From Candidatus Woesebacteria bacterium (GTDB lineage Bacteria > Patescibacteriota > Microgenomatia > UBA1400 > UBA1396), in contig JAJOJK010000005.1 in NCBI GenBank assembly GCA_021208605.1, forward strand, positions 10,214 to 74,213: a stretch of 64,000 nucleotides of DNA, written 5' to 3'. Of this stretch, positions 9,300 through 18,953 are shown piece by piece (the first letter of the stretch is position 1; each line of letters begins with the position of its first letter). The notes below the pieces were generated by a model. That model saw only the letters and a list, made by a program, of their open reading frames with translations. It did not search any database and had not been told where the DNA came from. The position numbers and the translations under genes were made by a program.

Positions 9300-10313
9300 A
9301 TGAAACCATCGTTTCGCCATATATTGTTTCGCTCGCTGGCAGTTCTGTTTTTGGGTTCGCTGACCGTTTTTTTTGCCTTGGTACTGATGGCAACATTTTC
9401 TGATCGCTGGGAGCAAACACCACTGCTGCAGCCATTGCGCGGTGCCATCCAAACCTTCCGAACGCAAACGCTCCAGCGTTTTTCGGAATCCCCGGCGGCT
9501 GAACCGACGCCAAGTATTACGGCTGTTGAGGTCGAAACAGTCATGGCTCACCTGCGTGCAGAAAACAACGTCGCCACTCCTTCAGCCAACCAAGCCCTCG
9601 AAAAGTTCGCTCGTCTGCTTACCCTGGAAATTGAAGATCAAAACTCGCTACAACTCGAAAATACAAATCGGATTTTAGAATCGCTCACTACCACGCCTCC
9701 CGAAAAAGTAGAAATTCTCTCGCTCTTTGCACCACTTTCAGGAAACTTTGACCTCAAAACCGAACTCGCTGAAGACGAAGTCTTTGCCAATAAAAACCTC
9801 ACCGAATTTGGCATTGCCACGCGCAGCGCTTCTCTTGGTTCCACTTCAGGAACCATTGTGTCGCTTGTTCTTTCCACGCCTTTTACCGACACGGTTTCGC
9901 CGCAAACAGCGCAGACGCAATCGCAAGCGCCCGTACAAGCCCGTCCCACTTACACCGGCGAAGACCTCTGGGCAGCTGTCCAGGCGTATCGCCGGGCGCA
10001 TAGCTTACCCGAGTTCCAGCAATCGAATGAACTCTGTACCGTGGCCAGTATTCGCCTGAACGAGCAACTGGAGCTCGGCCGACTCGACAATCACGACGGT
10101 TTTGATGCCCGTGCCGATCAATTTTTTGCTGACCACCCATCCTGGACCAACATCAATGAAAACCTGGCAGCTGGCTACAGCACCGCGGTCCAAGCAGTGG
10201 AATGGGGCTGGGATCAAAGCCTGGGGCATAAAGCCCTTATTCAAAGTCGCGAGTATCCGTACGCCTGTACGGCCGCAAACCATGGCTTTGCGGTCTTGAT
10301 TACCGGCTCGTAG
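9300..10313 (+). CDS. Membrane-anchored CAP (SCP/PR-1-like) domain protein
   Basis: N-terminal TM helix (LAVLFLGSLTVFFALVLMA) followed by a C-terminal CAP-like domain (LWAAVQAYRRAHSLPEF...AVQAVEWGWDQSLGHKALI...). Start is 3 nt after rmlD. Ends with a TAG stop. Confidence 0.55.
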   Translation: MKPSFRHILFRSLAVLFLGSLTVFFALVLMATFSDRWEQTPLLQPLRGAIQTFRTQTLQRFSESPAAEPTPSITAVEVETVMAHLRAENNVATPSANQALEKFARLLTLEIEDQNSLQLENTNRILESLTTTPPEKVEILSLFAPLSGNFDLKTELAEDEVFANKNLTEFGIATRSASLGSTSGTIVSLVLSTPFTDTVSPQTAQTQSQAPVQARPTYTGEDLWAAVQAYRRAHSLPEFQQSNELCTVASIRLNEQLELGRLDNHDGFDARADQFFADHPSWTNINENLAAGYSTAVQAVEWGWDQSLGHKALIQSREYPYACTAANHGFAVLITGS

Positions 10314-10315
10314 GG

Positions 10316-10333
10316 TGTAAAGCCCACTTTACA
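10316..10333 (+). promoter_or_regulatory. Perfect palindrome TGTAAAG-cccA-CTTTACA overlapping a TTTACA(-35)/TACACT(-10) promoter upstream of the XRE regulator
   Basis: 7-bp arms. A related palindrome TTACA-ttt-TGTAA sits upstream of the paralogous operon (17458-17470). Confidence 0.45.
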
Positions 10334-10395
10334 TTCATCACTCCGTTCACTACACTAAAAACATGCTGCTTTTCATCTGCCTAGCAGTCCTTATC

Positions 10396-10602
10396 ATGTA
10401 TGTAGCAAATATTGTCGGCACTTTGAGAAAAGAACGCCAGCTGACGCAAGTGGAGTTGGCTGAGGCGGTGGGTGTGTCACGGCAAACCGTCATTGCCATT
10501 GAAAAAGGCAACTACACACCCTCTGTCACCCTCGCTCTCAAAATTGCGGCTTTTTTTCAAACCCCCGTAGAAAGTATCTTTACTCTCCATGATGCCACGT
10601 AA
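10396..10602 (+). CDS. XRE-family helix-turn-helix transcriptional regulator (short, YozG-like)
   Basis: LRKERQLTQVELAEAVGVSRQTVIAIEKGNYTPSVTLALKIAAFF. Paralogous to the regulator at 16855-17055. Start set at MYVANIV by analogy to that paralog. Confidence 0.7.
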   Translation: MYVANIVGTLRKERQLTQVELAEAVGVSRQTVIAIEKGNYTPSVTLALKIAAFFQTPVESIFTLHDAT

Positions 10603-10960
10603 TTCCTTCATTTCTGAACTCTTTTTCGCTGTCAGCGCCCTGGTACTGATGATCTTTTTGCTGAATCCGCTGAACATTCTCATGCCGAGTCAATTTGAAA
10701 TGATGGTTTCGGTGGGATTGCTCATCGTCTTGAGCCTCTTTGCCCATTTCTTCTGGAAAGAGCATTCGTATGATGAGCGGGCCCAACTGCACCGTTTTAT
10801 TGTGAATCGCTATTCGTACCTGGTGGGGTGCTTCATTCTGACTCTCGGCGTGATCTGGCAGAGTTTCCAGCACGCACTCGACCCTATTCTTATTCTTGCC
10901 CTCGGTTCCATGATTCTTGCCAAAGTGATTGGCTCGCTCATTGCCGAGTGGAAACACTAA
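10589..10960 (+). CDS. Small 4-TM membrane protein partnered with the XRE regulator
   Basis: 123 aa with four hydrophobic helices. Overlaps the end of the HTH gene by 14 nt. A paralogous arrangement is found at 17059-17436. Confidence 0.5.
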   Translation: MMPRNSFISELFFAVSALVLMIFLLNPLNILMPSQFEMMVSVGLLIVLSLFAHFFWKEHSYDERAQLHRFIVNRYSYLVGCFILTLGVIWQSFQHALDPILILALGSMILAKVIGSLIAEWKH

Positions 10961-10976
10961 AACAGAAGGGACTCCA

Positions 10977-12731
10977 GTGATACTCCTTGTAATTTTTGCC
11001 TTTTTAGCCGGAATCGTCACGGTTCTCTCGCCGTGTATTCTGCCGGTGCTGCCGATCGTTTTGTCCGGCTCGGTCACCGGTGGAAAGCAGCGGCCACTCG
11101 GGATTATGACCGGTTTCGTGCTCAGCTTTACCTTTTTCACTCTGTTTTTATCAACCATAGTACGCGCTACCGGCATCTCAGCGGAAGTCTTGCGAAATGT
11201 TTCCATTGTCATTATTGGCGTCTTTGGTCTCTTCTTGCTTTTTCCGCAAGCGCAGGCGTTGTTTGAAAAACTCTTTCAACAGCTGGCACGTTTCAGCCCC
11301 CAGCAAACTGGTGATGGATTTGGCAGTGGACTCCTCGTTGGCTTGAGTTTAGGGCTGCTGTGGACACCCTGTGTGGGTCCAATTTTGGCCGCCATTATCA
11401 GTCTGGCGCTGTCTGGAACAGTTACTGGATCAGCCGTATTTATTACAGTGGCATATGCAGTTGGAACCGCACTACCGATGACCGCCATTATTTATGGTGG
11501 CCGGAACCTACTGAATCGAATTCCGTGGCTACTCAATAATACGGCTCGAATTCAACGCGGATTTGGGGTGGTCATGATCTTGACCGCGCTGGCTATTTTT
11601 ATGAACTGGGATCGCCAATTCCAAACGTGGGTTTTGACGCAGTTTCCACAGTACGGCACCGGCCTCACACAATTTGAGGATATTGAAATTATCCACGATC
11701 AACTCGATCGACTCCAACCAGGCAACCAAGATGAAAACTCCGCCCCAATGGGAAAACCACTGTTCGAAATGCAAGGCAACACCCAAACTCTACCGCAACT
11801 GGGCGCAGCTCCCGAAATAATTCCTGGCGGACAATGGTTTAACTCAGAACCGCTCACATTGCAAGCACTCGAGAACGAAAACAAAGTTGTACTCATTGAT
11901 TTTTGGACCTACAGCTGCATCAACTGTATTCGCACGCTGCCATATCTCAAAGAGTGGCATGAGAAGTACAGCGATCAAGGCTTGGTTATCATCGGCGTCC
12001 ACGCTCCGGAATTCGAGTTCGAAAAAGATGCAAAAAACGTTGCCGAAGCCATTGCTGATTTCGAGATTCAGTACCCGGTCGTGCAAGACAACGACTTTGC
12101 CACTTGGCGCGCCTACAACAACCGCTACTGGCCAGCAAAGTACCTCATCGATGCCAACGGAGTTATTCGCTACACGCATTTCGGCGAAGGCGAGTACGCC
12201 GAAACCGAAAACGCTATTCGTGAACTGTTGGGAGAAGAACCAATGGCAACTACCACTACAGCTGAACAACCAACTCGTCGTCGCCAAACACCAGAGCTGT
12301 ATCTTGGCTATGGTCGCGCGAGTGCCTATGTGCAGGCCGAACAACTCCGTTTTGACGCCACCACCGAACTCTCCGCGACCGGAACCTTGCCCGAAGAAAG
12401 CGTTGAACTCGATGGGTCATGGTATTTAGCCGAAGAATACATCCTGTCGTCTGAAAACGAAGCCACCCTCTCGTTGAACTTTTTAGCTTCGGAAGTATTT
12501 CTGGTCTTGGAAAGCACTGCTGGACCACAGACGGTGCAAGTACTGCTCGATGGCAAACCTCTCCCAGAAAAGTACATGACAGCTGATATGTCGGAGCCAG
12601 GAGTACTTGTCGTCGACGAAGCCAGAAAATACGACATCGTGGATCTTGGTGAAGACTACGGACGTCACACGCTCACACTGAAATTTGCTGCAGGTATACA
12701 GGCCTTCGCCTTTACATTTGGGTCGAACTAA
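10977..12731 (+). CDS. DipZ-like thiol:disulfide interchange protein (CcdA/DsbD transmembrane domain fused to a thioredoxin-like domain)
   Basis: N-terminal region reads [15 protein letters not shown]...[14 protein letters not shown], a CcdA-type domain with conserved Cys pairs. C-terminal region reads [16 protein letters not shown]...GVHAPEF, a redoxin CxxC. GTG start at 10977 is preceded by GAAGGGA; the longer track start (10929) overlaps the upstream gene. Confidence 0.8.
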   Translation: MILLVIFAFLAGIVTVLSPCILPVLPIVLSGSVTGGKQRPLGIMTGFVLSFTFFTLFLSTIVRATGISAEVLRNVSIVIIGVFGLFLLFPQAQALFEKLFQQLARFSPQQTGDGFGSGLLVGLSLGLLWTPCVGPILAAIISLALSGTVTGSAVFITVAYAVGTALPMTAIIYGGRNLLNRIPWLLNNTARIQRGFGVVMILTALAIFMNWDRQFQTWVLTQFPQYGTGLTQFEDIEIIHDQLDRLQPGNQDENSAPMGKPLFEMQGNTQTLPQLGAAPEIIPGGQWFNSEPLTLQALENENKVVLIDFWTYSCINCIRTLPYLKEWHEKYSDQGLVIIGVHAPEFEFEKDAKNVAEAIADFEIQYPVVQDNDFATWRAYNNRYWPAKYLIDANGVIRYTHFGEGEYAETENAIRELLGEEPMATTTTAEQPTRRRQTPELYLGYGRASAYVQAEQLRFDATTELSATGTLPEESVELDGSWYLAEEYILSSENEATLSLNFLASEVFLVLESTAGPQTVQVLLDGKPLPEKYMTADMSEPGVLVVDEARKYDIVDLGEDYGRHTLTLKFAAGIQAFAFTFGSN

Positions 12732-12972
12732 AACCGGCCACCAACGCTTCTTTTTCTGAGCGGGGTATTTTTTTGAGTGCGGCCTCGCGGGTTGCAGCGG
12801 ACGATCGATCGCTACACTCTTCCCAGTAGCGAATCGTAACCGGTAAACGGCTGCGCGTATACTTTGCGCCCTTGCCAGCATTGTGCGTGGCAACACGCTT
12901 CTCGACATCATTCGTTGATCCGGTGTAGAGCGTGCCATCTGCACACTCCACCATGTATACGTACCAGGCCAT
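12712..12972 (-). CDS. GIY-YIG nuclease family protein (YhbQ/UPF0213-like)
   Basis: [40 protein letters not shown] is a GIY-YIG motif. Start set at the ATG that gives MAWYVY. Confidence 0.7.
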   Translation of the reverse strand: MAWYVYMVECADGTLYTGSTNDVEKRVATHNAGKGAKYTRSRLPVTIRYWEECSDRSSAATREAALKKIPRSEKEALVAGFSSTQM

Positions 12973-12988
12973 GCTTCCAGTGTACGCT

Positions 12989-13909
12989 ATGATAGTAAGC
13001 ATGACACCTCGCATCGGCTGGACGTACTCCCTGAATCAAGCCGAGTGGCTCGCACTCGATCCTTGGGAGAGTTTTACCACGCTACTTTCTTGGCACCCAG
13101 ATATCATTCGCCTTGGCGTGCACTGGTCAGAGACAGAAGTTTCATCTGGTAAGTATGATTTTTCGCGCATTGAACGACTCCTCAAGATGTGCACCGACGC
13201 CAAACAAAAAGTTTTATTGACCGTTGGTATGAAAGCCCCACGCTGGCCAGAATTTTATTTTCCGGAGCACATTACTCCCAATCCACACGATCCAGAAACC
13301 CAAGCTGCGGCACTGACTTTCTTAAAACAATCCGTCCGACACTTACAAAAATTTGACTGCATCTCTCACTGGCAAGTGGAAAACGAGCCCTTCGATCCGA
13401 GTGGACCTGATAACCACGTCATTCCTGATGACTTTCTGTGCCAAGAGTGTGAACTCGTGCGGACTTTGGATTCGCGACCAATAGTAGTAAATTTGTGGGG
13501 GAATGATGTGTTGGCGCGCGGCCGATGGCCGCGCGCCAACACCCTCGCCGATATCACCGGACTCGACCTCTACTACAAACAACACCTCTTCTCTGCACTC
13601 GGCAAAGATCTTTACCGCGGTCCCAGCCAAAGTAATACGGCCCTGGCCCGCGCCATCAATCAGTTCCATAAACCTGTGTGGATCATCGAGCTCCAAGCCG
13701 AGCCGTGGGAAAAAGACGGTCCGAGTTTTCGTCAGGAAAATCCACCTAGCATGAATCTGGCTCACTTGGAAAAGAATCTGGATCGCGCACTGAAGCTCCC
13801 GGTAGAATGCATTTTGCTCTGGGGTGCAGAATACTGGCTCTGGAAAAAAGAAACCAGCCTACCGCAGCGCATCGCCGCTCGCCAACAGGCCGCTTCCGCG
13901 TTACACTAA
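12989..13909 (+). CDS. Glycoside hydrolase, clan GH-A (GH5-like)
   Basis: Candidate acid/base motif [11 protein letters not shown] and candidate nucleophile region [10 protein letters not shown], a (beta/alpha)8 pattern. Start ambiguous (12971, 12989 or 13001); 12989 chosen to avoid overlapping the divergent GIY-YIG start. Confidence 0.5.
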   Translation: MIVSMTPRIGWTYSLNQAEWLALDPWESFTTLLSWHPDIIRLGVHWSETEVSSGKYDFSRIERLLKMCTDAKQKVLLTVGMKAPRWPEFYFPEHITPNPHDPETQAAALTFLKQSVRHLQKFDCISHWQVENEPFDPSGPDNHVIPDDFLCQECELVRTLDSRPIVVNLWGNDVLARGRWPRANTLADITGLDLYYKQHLFSALGKDLYRGPSQSNTALARAINQFHKPVWIIELQAEPWEKDGPSFRQENPPSMNLAHLEKNLDRALKLPVECILLWGAEYWLWKKETSLPQRIAARQQAASALH

Positions 13910-13915
13910 GCACCT

Positions 13916-14401
13916 ATGTCGCATCAGCTGCATCACACCGAGGAGAGAATTCTCTTTACTTCAGAAGAGTTGACACGAATGGAAAAACGCATTCGTGAGC
14001 TACTGCAACTCAAAAAAGAAACCAAAGAGCGCGTTAAAATCGCACGCGAGATGGGTGATCTTTCAGAAAACGGAGCCTACAAATACGGTAAATTTGAACT
14101 GGGAAATATCAATCGCGAACTACGGCGACTCAACTACTTAGTCGAGCATGCGGAACTCATCCATCAAAAAGACCACTACGATTCTATCGAACTCGGTGCC
14201 ACTTTCACATTGGAAAGTGACGGCGCCCCCATCACGTTTACGCTCGTGAACGAGCATGAGTCGGATCCCGCCAAAAAGAAACTCTCCGACAAAAGCCCTC
14301 TCGGCCAGGCAGCTCTTGGCAAAAGAATTGGCGAGACAGTAACACTCACCACACCCCGCGGCACGACTCAATACGTCGTCACCAGCATCGGCGCGGCGTA
14401 A
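13916..14401 (+). CDS. greA: Transcription elongation factor GreA
   Basis: 161 aa reading ...REMGDLSENGAYKYGKFELGNINRELRRLNYL...TLTTPRGTTQYVVTSI, a GreA/GreB fold. Confidence 0.9.
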   Translation: MSHQLHHTEERILFTSEELTRMEKRIRELLQLKKETKERVKIAREMGDLSENGAYKYGKFELGNINRELRRLNYLVEHAELIHQKDHYDSIELGATFTLESDGAPITFTLVNEHESDPAKKKLSDKSPLGQAALGKRIGETVTLTTPRGTTQYVVTSIGAA

Positions 14402-14429
14402 GCAAAATAAAAAAGATTCTCAGGAAAAA

Positions 14430-14585
14430 CTAGCGTTCGCCTTTGCGGCGGCTCAACATGTTCTTTTGACCACCTGCATTCTGCGCACCTGGGCGAACAT
14501 TCTGTTTACCGCCCATTCGAGCCATGGAAACGTGTTCCCGCTGCTCTTTCTTCTTGGATGATTTTTTGGTATCTAAGTACCCCAT
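14430..14585 (-). CDS. Hypothetical small basic Gly/Lys-rich protein
   Basis: MGYLDTKKSSKKKEQREHVSMARMGGKQNVRPGAQNAGGQKNMLSRRKGER with a GAAAGG RBS 3 nt upstream. No family recognised; possibly a KGG-type stress protein. Confidence 0.25.
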   Translation of the reverse strand: MGYLDTKKSSKKKEQREHVSMARMGGKQNVRPGAQNAGGQKNMLSRRKGER

Positions 14586-14632
14586 AGACCTTTCAGTTGT
14601 GGAGTCTATTGTACAGCACACTCAGCAAAAAA

Positions 14633-16437
14633 CTACCAACTTCCGCCACCACCACCACCGCCTCCGCCGCCGGAGAAACCACCAGAAAATCCAGATCCGG
14701 AGCTATAGCTCCCAGAACTCGGGTTATACGATAATGACTGCGTGGCCGTTTGCGAAAACGAGTCGACAAAATCAGACGATGAAAAGGCATACGCGCTCGC
14801 CACCGGTAAATACTCTGGAGCCGTAACTTGGAGCGCTTCCATATCCTTGGACAGCTTTTTCACCACGCCAAACGCCACCGCAAACGGAAATACTTCTTCA
14901 ATAAACAAATGCTTTTCTTGAATTTCTTGTCGCCATGCGCCCGCTTGGATCATGCGCTGCAAACCTTTGGCTCGCCACATGGCATTGCGGCCCCTGGCCG
15001 TTTTGGCTGACATCACGCTTGCAAACAGAAAACTGGCCGCAACAGAACCGGCCATAATTGGTAATCCCAAAATGATTCCTTTTTGAAACAGAAAAATACT
15101 CGCCAATATCGACAAAAAAGACAACACTGCCGCCGCACCAAAAGCCAAGCCACGTACCTGCTGTGGATTACCGCGGAAGTAGTTTTCTGTTGCCAAAGAA
15201 GTGAAAATTTTGCTGCGCACTTTCTCGAAATGGGTGTAAAAACTGCCTTTCAAATCTCAAGCTTCACCGACTCCACTTCTTTGTCAAACAAATGCGTAAA
15301 CAAATATTCTTGGTGTTCTGGGAGTTTTTTGGCCGCAGCAAAAGATTTCAGGCGCACAAGCGTGTACTCCCGTTTTTTCCCAAGCAATTGCTTCTTTTCA
15401 GTTTGCTCGATGCGCAGATATTTTCTTCGAGCCAAGTCGATTATTTCGGCAATAACATCTTGGTTGTCGACCCGCTCATCGAGAAGCGCGCCGGCTTGTC
15501 CCGGAGTCAGATCGGTATGCGGTTCATACACAAACGGCGGACGGCGGAAAGAAATCAGCGGCGCCCAGCGTTGCGGTTTGTCTTCGCCGTCATCACCAGC
15601 AAACACGTTCCAAGAAGTAAACTCTCGGTCGCGACCACGATACCACCACGCTCCTGCTAGCGCCAAACCTGGCAACACTACTGGAATCAACAAAAGATTA
15701 TCTTGCAGCCATTGCCAGAGGCGTTCCCACCACGAAGGCAACACCCAGGCACCGGCGGGATCAAACGCCACCGCTACAGTCATGTTGTCGCCATAGGAAA
15801 TGGTATCAGGATAGGTCAGCGTAACGGCATGAGCTTCGCGACGATCAATCGAACACAGCCCGTCATCGCTGCCAAATTTGCCGCTGTAACAAGCAACATC
15901 AGTAATTGTCGCCGATGGTGACTGGATGGTGGCCGCCACACTGGCAATATCAACCTGCCAGCCCTCACCAGTAATATCCCAATACAGTTCTGGCCGAGCG
16001 GGGGAATTTTCGTCCACTGAAATATTTTGAAGTGCATCATCAATTTCGTACTGAATTACATACGTTTTACGACCAGTAAAGGTAGTATCTGGATCGCCAA
16101 TTTTCCAGGTAATGTTGCCACTGTCCCAGGATTGTTCGTAGGGAATGGGAGTTCCGAGTTCATCGGTAATTGACTCCACACGCACATGGGCCGTCTGGCT
16201 CCAGCCACTGCGCACATATTCCGTAGGTACATACCGATAAATGCCGTGTTTCTGCTGATCGGTTTCATACTGAATCGTTTCAGTGATCTGGATCGATCCA
16301 TCTGGTTGGACCACAATATCAGACGAAAATTGGTGAATCCGCTCTGCAGCCAGCAAGGGAGATGCCGTCACAAAAAACAGTAGCAGAAATAAAAGACTCA
16401 GAACTGTTTTTTGTACTGCTAAACGGAATGCGCGCAT
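14633..16437 (-). pseudogene. DUF2207 family membrane protein, interrupted by a -1 frameshift at about 15250-15253 (two ORFs: 15250-16437 and 14633-15253)
   Basis: The upstream ORF carries a signal peptide, an extracellular domain and one TM. The downstream ORF carries two TMs plus a G/S-rich tail ending GGGGGGGGGGSW. Together they reconstruct a canonical DUF2207 protein of about 600 aa. The frames switch inside GAGATTTGAAAGG, and a T3 versus T4 homopolymer difference would restore ...KLEILKGSFY.... Confidence 0.7.
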
Positions 16438-16490
16438 ATGCGTATCTTATACCGTTTTAACCCGCAACTCTAGTTTGCACGGCACAAAAA

Positions 16491-16865
16491 TTACCACCGC
16501 ACGATATGCGTGATATTAAAACCAGACTCCAACAGACGAATGGCTTTGCCCAGTTCGTACTGTGACAGCGTCGAGTGGTATTTCGTTTGCGACATATCGC
16601 CAGTGTAGTTCGCCTCGAGAGCGGGAATTGCTTGAGCATCGCCTAACTGACCCAGAGACCAGACCGCATCATTGCGATCGGTAAAAGAGGCGGCTTCATC
16701 ATCAAGTTCGGCTGACAAGGCGGCGACGCAGTCGCCGCCGTACCGCGCCACAGCTTCCTGACAATTTTCTTCCACTACATACCCGATCCATACGCTGCTC
16801 ACCACAAACACCAGGAAAAACAACGTTCCGGCCAGGCTGACCAAGAATAAGAGCTTATTTTTCAT
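16491..16865 (-). CDS. Membrane-anchored HEAT/PBS-lyase repeat protein
   Basis: MKNKLLFLVSLAGTLFFLVFVV (TM) followed by ...NDAVWSLGQLGDAQAIPALE..., a HEAT-like repeat. Its ATG overlaps the stop of the upstream HTH gene (ATGAAAAATAA). Confidence 0.4.
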   Translation of the reverse strand: MKNKLLFLVSLAGTLFFLVFVVSSVWIGYVVEENCQEAVARYGGDCVAALSAELDDEAASFTDRNDAVWSLGQLGDAQAIPALEANYTGDMSQTKYHSTLSQYELGKAIRLLESGFNITHIVRW

Positions 16866-17055
16866 ACTGAAATACCTCCTCGACATCTTTCTGAAAGAGA
16901 CGCGCGATTTTAAAAGCCAACTCCAACGATGGCACATACTTATTTTTTTCGATCGACAAAATAGTCTGCCGCGTCACACCCACCGCTTGGGCCAAATCTT
17001 CCTGGGTCATATCACGACCCGCCCGCAGGATTTTAATCGTATTGTGCATAGCCAC
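16855..17055 (-). CDS. XRE-family helix-turn-helix transcriptional regulator (short, YozG-like)
   Basis: MAMHNTIKILRAGRDMTQEDLAQAVGVTRQTILSIEKNKYVPSLELAFKIARLF. Paralog of the regulator at 10396-10602. Confidence 0.75.
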   Translation of the reverse strand: MAMHNTIKILRAGRDMTQEDLAQAVGVTRQTILSIEKNKYVPSLELAFKIARLFQKDVEEVFQYEK

Positions 17056-17058
17056 TCC

Positions 17059-17436
17059 TTACAACTGCTCCTGTCTATAGAGATAGAAGAAGAGGGTGTA
17101 CAAGGCAATCATTGCCAAAGCAATGTAGCTCATGAGCGTTCCCAACGAGCGCAGGTAGGGTTGTTCGGGAAGAAACATCAAGAACAAGGACACACTGGCG
17201 AGTGAAATAGCCATAATGGCATAGCTCATCTGCGCTGCTTTCCCGGCAATTTGCTGCATCATTTCGTCAGTAGTCTGAACGTGCAAGCGCTTGCGCGCCA
17301 GCCAGAGGACACTCATTCCGGTGGCAATACCAAAGGCAGCCAGCCAGAAAGCATTCAATGACACCGCTACTGAAGTGAGCGCTGCCACGTAGACAGCAGT
17401 TACAATGCGAATATTGCGATAGGTTATGTATTTCAT
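17059..17436 (-). CDS. Small 4-TM membrane protein partnered with the XRE regulator
   Basis: 125 aa with four predicted TM helices. Immediately upstream of, and co-directional with, the HTH gene. Confidence 0.5.
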   Translation of the reverse strand: MKYITYRNIRIVTAVYVAALTSVAVSLNAFWLAAFGIATGMSVLWLARKRLHVQTTDEMMQQIAGKAAQMSYAIMAISLASVSLFLMFLPEQPYLRSLGTLMSYIALAMIALYTLFFYLYRQEQL

Positions 17437-17457
17437 ATCGCTATTGTAAATTATTTA

Positions 17458-17470
17458 TTACATTTTGTAA
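17458..17470 (-). promoter_or_regulatory. Palindrome TTACA-ttt-TGTAA upstream of the membrane-protein/XRE/HEAT operon
   Basis: Shares the TGTAA/TTACA half-site with 10316-10333, in an AT-rich 306-bp intergenic region. Additional TGTAAA copies lie nearby. Confidence 0.4.
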
Positions 17471-17742
17471 AGTATTTTTTACTTTTCATGCAAAAGAAAA
17501 GCCATCAAATGTAAAAAAAGCGGTTATATCTGCCACATTTCGAGGAGCTTATACATCAGAAAAGCAGGCCAAAAGAGCGCTTTTCCGATTCCCCACAGTC
17601 CATCAATAAAACTGCTGGCATGGGTGAGATAGTAGATCAAAGCACCTACGACGCCAAGTCCGTAGACGGCATCCCCACCGGAGTTACAAAAATTTTTTGA
17701 CATACTTTTAGCTTACGCTTACGGAAAAAAGAAAGCAATATC

Positions 17743-18930
17743 TTAACTTTTTCGCTGCCAGTGAACGACACTGTACCCGGCATTTTTATCACGATCTTGT
17801 AAAACGAAGGCCTTGTTTTTGGCATTCGCCTCTAACAAGCGTGTCATGGTGGTTGAAGAAGAAGCCAGTACGGCCGTTCCTTTGGACGCCACCAACTCTG
17901 CCAACTGCGCCACACTCCAGGTTGCTTGTTCCATACTCATTTTTTCGGGGAATCTTCCAATAATGGCTTCTACTGGCTCGTCACTCGACCAGCCAACTTG
18001 GTGATGAATGGTGGCCGAAAAACCGTTTTGCTGCAGATTCTGTTGAGTGGTTTGGAGCGCAAGCACATCTCGATCGAAAATATGCATGGCTCGTGGTTGC
18101 CAGGTTTTTTGCGTGGCCAGCGCGAGATGCCCTTGGCGCGGTCCGAGTACGCCAACGGCAGAAAAACGAGTTTTTATTCGCTTGAGGAATTTTAAGAGGA
18201 GTTTCGTGTCGTGTCCGAGTTGATCAAATTCAGGCAGATCGTAGCTGACATCCAAACCAAACTTCTTTCCTTGGAAAGCATAAAAACTGCGATCTCTGTA
18301 GAAAACACCACGCACAAAAGCACTTTCTTGCGGCTGACCCACGGCTCCGACAAATCGATAGTGATAGACGTGATGTCCGGGCCAATGGCGATGGTAGGTG
18401 ATTTCCACCGTCTCATTAGTAATCAAAACCTGTTCGACAAACTCAGCGATTGGATCGACTACCACAATGGCTACCAGGCCATCTGGGGCCAGATGTGCAC
18501 GGGCATCCAACAGCATATGTTTCAGTACGGACTCGCCCACTTTGGCCGGGATATTGGAGACAATTAAATCAAAATCGGTGTCAGGAACAGAGTCATAGCC
18601 CAGACTGGCTGTGGTTTGGATTTGGACGGCGTTTTCGGCCGCGTTCCATTGGGTGAACTCGAGTGCCAGAGCGTCGCGATCGGCGCAGGTCACTCTGCTC
18701 TCTGGACGCAATTTTTGCAAAACAATTCCCAGTGGCCCATAGCCACACCCGAGGTCTAAAACTTTGGTGTAATTATCCACTTTCGCAAACAAAAGTGACC
18801 GTAGCAAACGCTGTGTACCATGATCGACCTGTTGTGAACTAAATAATTCTTGTGAGACATGAAAACTGAAATCAGTATTCCGGAAATGGAAGGGTATTTG
18901 TTTTTTGACAAAAACGTCGCGGAAAGTCAT
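17743..18930 (-). CDS. Class I SAM-dependent methyltransferase, two-domain RsmC/RlmG-like (rRNA guanine-N2 MTase-like)
   Basis: SAM motif LDLGCGYGPLGIVL and catalytic-loop-like DLIVSNIPAKVG; a second MTase-like half follows. Confidence 0.65.
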   Translation of the reverse strand: MTFRDVFVKKQIPFHFRNTDFSFHVSQELFSSQQVDHGTQRLLRSLLFAKVDNYTKVLDLGCGYGPLGIVLQKLRPESRVTCADRDALALEFTQWNAAENAVQIQTTASLGYDSVPDTDFDLIVSNIPAKVGESVLKHMLLDARAHLAPDGLVAIVVVDPIAEFVEQVLITNETVEITYHRHWPGHHVYHYRFVGAVGQPQESAFVRGVFYRDRSFYAFQGKKFGLDVSYDLPEFDQLGHDTKLLLKFLKRIKTRFSAVGVLGPRQGHLALATQKTWQPRAMHIFDRDVLALQTTQQNLQQNGFSATIHHQVGWSSDEPVEAIIGRFPEKMSMEQATWSVAQLAELVASKGTAVLASSSTTMTRLLEANAKNKAFVLQDRDKNAGYSVVHWQRKS

Positions 18931-18953
18931 GTCAGTATTGTAGCAAGCTACGG

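Noticed and set aside
15083-15796. 237-aa plus-strand ORF overlapping the DUF2207 gene
   Set aside because: Antisense to a gene with a clear domain architecture. Cys/Ser/Arg-rich translation typical of shadow ORFs.
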